Assembly (NCBI RefSeq): GCF_009914755.1
Contig: NC_060931.1
From: the human T2T-CHM13v2.0 reference genome, Homo sapiens
Strand: one strand, 5' to 3'
Length of the DNA stretch: 64,000 nt
In this document: in pieces, positions 55,955 through 64,000 of the stretch
Layout: each line of letters begins with the position of its first letter
Position numbering within the stretch: the first letter of the stretch is position 1
Program-made: the position numbers and the translations under genes
The notes under the pieces: model-generated
Databases searched by the model: none
Told to the model about the DNA's origin: nothing
The model's input: only the letters and a program-made list of their open reading frames with translations

Positions 55955-58900
55955 CTACAGCCTGGGCAACGAGAGCTAAACTCCTTCTCAAAAACTAACT
56001 AACTAAATAAAAGAATCATGAACTCAATAACAGGGGTCAACTTCATTTTGTATATTCATTCATTTATTCATTCTTTTCTTTTTTTTGAGACAGCATCTCA
56101 CTTTGTTGCCCAGGCTGGTGTGCAGTGATGCAGTCTCACATCACTGCAGCCTCTGCTTCCTGGGTTCAAGCAATTCTTGTGCCTCAGCCCCCTGAGTAGC
56201 TGGGATTACAGGTGTGCAACACCACACCTGGCTAATTTTTGTATGTTTAGTAGAGATGGGGTTTCGCCACCTTGGCCAGGCTGGAATTCATTTATTCATC
56301 CAACAGATATTTACTGAGTACCAACTCTTGCAGGTGCCAAGGATGTAACAGTGAATAAAACAGAAATCTCTGCCCTCATGGAGCTTACATACTAGTGAGA
56401 GGACAGGCATACTCTTAAGTTATATGGTAAAGTAGAAGTTGGTGAGGACTATGGAGAAAAAGCAGTAGGAGTGAGGGGTGGGAGGGTGGGGCGACAGGCT
56501 CAGAAAGGTGAGAGGACAGTGGCCACCCAGCTAATATAACTGACCTTCAGATTCTGGACTGGGGAGCTCTCATGCCTCACACAAAGCAGCCAGCATGCAG
56601 TGAGTGCCTTGTGAGTATTATGCATAGATACCTCTACCCGTTCCAGGGAAGGAAGGATTTCTTCTTGCTGAAGCCATATGAAAGGCTTTGAGGAGGAGCT
56701 GATGCTTGAGTTGGGCCTTGAGCATGGATGGGATTTCATTCCTTGAAGCGGGGAGTGTGTTTAAGAGAGTGGATGGGGTGGACCAGAGTCTGGGCCTGAG
56801 TAGTGCATGCTCAAGGAACAGTGAGAGGCTCCAATATTTGGGTCAGGAGGCAGGGGACCTGGCACTGGAAGGGTGTGGGAGAACCAGTCCTTGGGAGGCC
56901 TGGGTGGCTGAGCTAGGTGTTGTGGACTTTGGTATTTTTTTTTTTCATCCCATGGATTCAAGTTGCCCTGAATATATGCTTCTGTTCAGAATCTTGTGAA
57001 GGGAAGGTTTTTGTTCAGAGGAGTAAGGGGATTGAGGTGCTCAGTGGATGGACTGATAGTGTAAGTAGAAATTCTAGAGATCAGCCTCATTGGGGCTTCA
57101 TTTTACACAGGGATTCATCCAGCTTCTAACATTCCAGGTACTGGGATACAGCAGAGGATAAAGCTGACAAAAGTCCCTGCCCTCAAGTCAGGGTTGGGGT
57201 GAACACAAGCCCGTCCTGCAGACTTAAGCAGAAAGGAGTGGGAATTTATTGGAAGGATCTCCAATTCCTTGTGAGGGTCCAGAATCATGGACTGAGGTGA
57301 CTTTCTGCCTCTCTCCAAGGGGTTGCAAACGGGGCTTCATTCTCTCCCACTAGAAAAAGAGTGCTCCAATAAGCTCCCCATGCTGCACACATGACCTCTG
57401 GGATCCAGCACCAGCGCCGACAAACTGGACTTTCTCACTTCTAGGTTTCCAGGAAATAATCTGATGGGTCCTGCTTGGGGCAGGTGTCTACCCTATTGGG
57501 TGTTAAGTCACATGGTCCTAAGTGGGGGCCCAGGCTCACCCTTTCAGCAGGACTGGTCCACAGGGAAGAGCCAGTAGGCTGGACAGCAGCCAGGATGCAG
57601 TCAGGGGGGCCTGACAGGGTCAGTGGTGTCAGAACAACTGGCCAGGTCAGGACATGCTAACTTAGGAGTTGTTTAGAGTGTGACTGCACATTGCAGCTCT
57701 TTTTATGGAGAAGGAGAGTGCTGAAACGGAGGCTGCTACCGTGCATTAGCCCTGTGCGTTTCTGCTAACTAGGGGAAGATCCTAGCTACTTCTCACTGTG
57801 GTCTCCTGAGGCCATTGGCAGCTGGCCAAGCACCCCTGGTGAAGACTTATTAGCGTGGCTTTGAATTTTCATTTGTGGGTCATTGCGAGCAATTACACAT
57901 TTATATTAACAATTTAATTTGGCTGTATGGTATTTTACTGGGCTAAGCCCTGTGAAAAATGGGAATCATCTATAGGGATCTGACATTTTAATTTGTGCAG
58001 TTGCTTAAAAACAAAAATCCATAACAGCAATGGATTTTGCTTTGCTTTGCAAAGTTTTTCATTTAATGATGTTTTAATGGGTCAAAGCCCATCCAAGCCA
58101 ACAGCTCATGTTTCAGGGTCTGATTCTCTGAGGAGCTATGAATGGAGGCGTTCTCTTTCATTTCTTCTCTGTTCCCGCTTGCTCCCTCTCTCCTCCCTCA
58201 CCTCCTCTAACCTTCCTCCTCTGCAGTGTTCTCACACTTTCCCGTCTGGGTAGTTTGCCAGTTCATTAACTGCTTTTCTTTTCTCCCTGGCATGTCTCAT
58301 TAGCTACTGGTAGAGATGGCTGTTTGAGGGAAATAGTCTTAGGCAAAGGGTCCAGAAAGCCCAGAGTCCCCTTTGGGAGTGAATGTGTGGAGAGGGAGGT
58401 GTTAGGCAGAAAAGCCAAACTCTGCCTCCCTGCTTTCAAGTCTGCAGTAAGATCAGTCTCAGTGGTGAAACTCAGCCAGCAGAGGGGGTGAGTCTCAGCT
58501 GGGAGCTAGGCGGCCAGTGGGGAGGTGAGTTTCAGTCCCATTCGTGAAGGGTGGTGGCAGGACCACAGTCCAAACGTCAAGCAGGTCCCCTGTGAGTCAG
58601 CCATCTGAGTTGGCCCAAGTGAGACAGAACCAACTTTGAGGCCCCCAAAGGGTAGTTCCCGTGCCCAGTGGACTTGTTCTTCCTTACTTTGCCTCCCTTC
58701 TGTTATGGGTTCTCAAAATATGGCAGTCTTTTTTTTAATTTCTTTCTTTTTGAGACAGGGTCTCACTCTGTTTCCCAGGCTGGAGTGCAGTGGTGCTCAC
58801 AGCAACCTCTGCCTCCTGGGTTCAAGCAATTCTCATGCCTCAGCCACCCGAGTAGCTAGGATCACAGGTGTATGCTACCACACCTGGCTAATTTTTGTAT

Positions 58901-59196
58901 TTTTGGTAGAGACAAGGTTTTGCCATGTTGCCCAGGCTGGTCTCGAACTCCTGAGCTCAAGTGATCCACCCGCCTGGGCCTCCCAACGTGCTGGGATTAC
59001 CGCTTGAGCCACCATGCCCAGCCTGTCATTTGTCCTTTTAAAAGCTCGTTCTTATTGCAGATTTAAACCTACATTTAGAAGCCCCATTCTGCCTTAAGAA
59101 TATAGCCGTGGGGGCCAGGCACGGTGGCTCATGCCTGTGATCCTGGCACTTTGGGAGGCCGAGGCAGGTGGATCATGAGGTCAGGAGTTCAAGTCA

Positions 59197-59543
<347 letters not shown>

Positions 59544-59600
59544 CTAATCCGAGCACTTTGGGAGGCCAAGGCAGGTGGATCACCTGAGGTCAGGAGTTCA

Positions 59601-59966
<366 letters not shown>

Positions 59967-60214
59967 CTACAGACAACTTTCCCATCACCCCCCTGGGGCA
60001 GTGATGGAAGGGGATAAAAACAAGCTGATGGAGAGAAAAGGAGGGTGTTGGATGTGCTAGGTGGTTTCCATTTGCCTTTCTAGGTCCACCCTTCACCTGT
60101 TCCATTTGCTTTTTGCTCTGGGAGGCTGACATGTATGGACTACATGTGCATAGTATGGGTTGCATTAATGACTCTTTGTCTTCTGGCTTTGGTTGGGTTC
60201 AGCCATTGGGACAT

Positions 60215-60584
60215 TGTGATAAGCCATTCCTGCATCACTGGAAAGAAATACCCAAGGCTGGGTAATTTATAAGAAAAGAGGTTTAATTGGCTCACAGTTC
60301 TGCAGGCTGTACAGGAAGCATTGCATGCTGTCGTCAGCTTCTGGTGAGGACCTCAGGAGATTTATAGTCATGGTGGAAGGGAAAAGGGGAGCAGACATCT
60401 CACATGGCAAGAGCAGGAGCAAGAGAGAGGGTGGGAGGTGCCACACACTTTTAAACAAGCAGATCTGTGAACTCATTCATCACCGAGGGGATGGCGCTAA
60501 GCCCTCCCACCAGGCCCCACCTCCAACACTGGGGATTACATTTCAACATGAGATTTGGCATGGACACAGATCCAAACCCTATCA
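60215..60584. mobile_element. MST-type MaLR LTR nested in an LTR33-like ERVL LTR (about 60050-60835)
   Basis: tg...ggctgggtaatttataagaaaagagg...caaaccctatca. 5-bp TSD gacat/ggcat. Confidence 0.78.
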
Positions 60585-60839
60585 GGCATCAGATGTTCAA
60601 AGCGAGGGAAGAGAGTGAGGTGAAGGTATGTATTCCTCTGGCTTCCTGTCTGTAGGGTCACCATGGATTGTGGCCCTAAACTAAAGGGCCCGGTTCCTGT
60701 CAGGTAACCCCTAGCTGCCCTCTCTGTCTCTGTCATTCAAGCTCAGGTGTGATAGCAGCATTCCCCACCCAGCCACAGAGGTACTATCCCTTGTGTTTTG
60801 CTGTGTTCTGTACACACCTTTGCACACACCCACTTTGTT

Positions 60840-63810
<2,971 letters not shown>

Positions 63811-63861
63811 TCTTTCTTTTTTTAGAGACAGAGTCTCGCTCTGTCGCCCAGACTGGAGTGA

Positions 63862-63999
<138 letters not shown>

Positions 64000-64000
64000 T

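Overview
Primate, almost certainly human, genomic DNA, very rich in Alu, L1 and LTR elements. Gene content fits chr7p14 (recalled, not searched). It holds two CpG-island loci pointing away from each other, about 14.5 kb apart. (1) Minus strand, about 10.4-36.7 kb: a complete six-exon duplicate of RP9/PAP-1, which I read as the unprocessed 'pseudogene' RP9P. (2) Plus strand from 51,168: coding exon 1 of FKBP9, then intron 1 to the window end. Main result: manually splicing the six RP9-like exons (152+31+130+92+62+199 = 666 nt, all GT-AG) gives an uninterrupted 221-aa ORF, the same length as RP9. The only candidate disabling lesion I can see is a weak exon-3 donor. The last exon looks gene-converted and carries Gly at residue 170, matching the reported RP9 D170G allele. 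Other notable items: a semi-processed RPL7A retrocopy that appears to keep an intron 3' end and is fused to a half-Alu; a Mutator-like (Ricksha-type) transposase fossil; a MER5-derived 31-bp hairpin; a fold-back LTR junction ahead of a Ser-tRNA primer site; and several nested insertions. Comparisons with reference proteins and repeat subfamily names are from memory and need database confirmation. Repeat boundaries are approximate.
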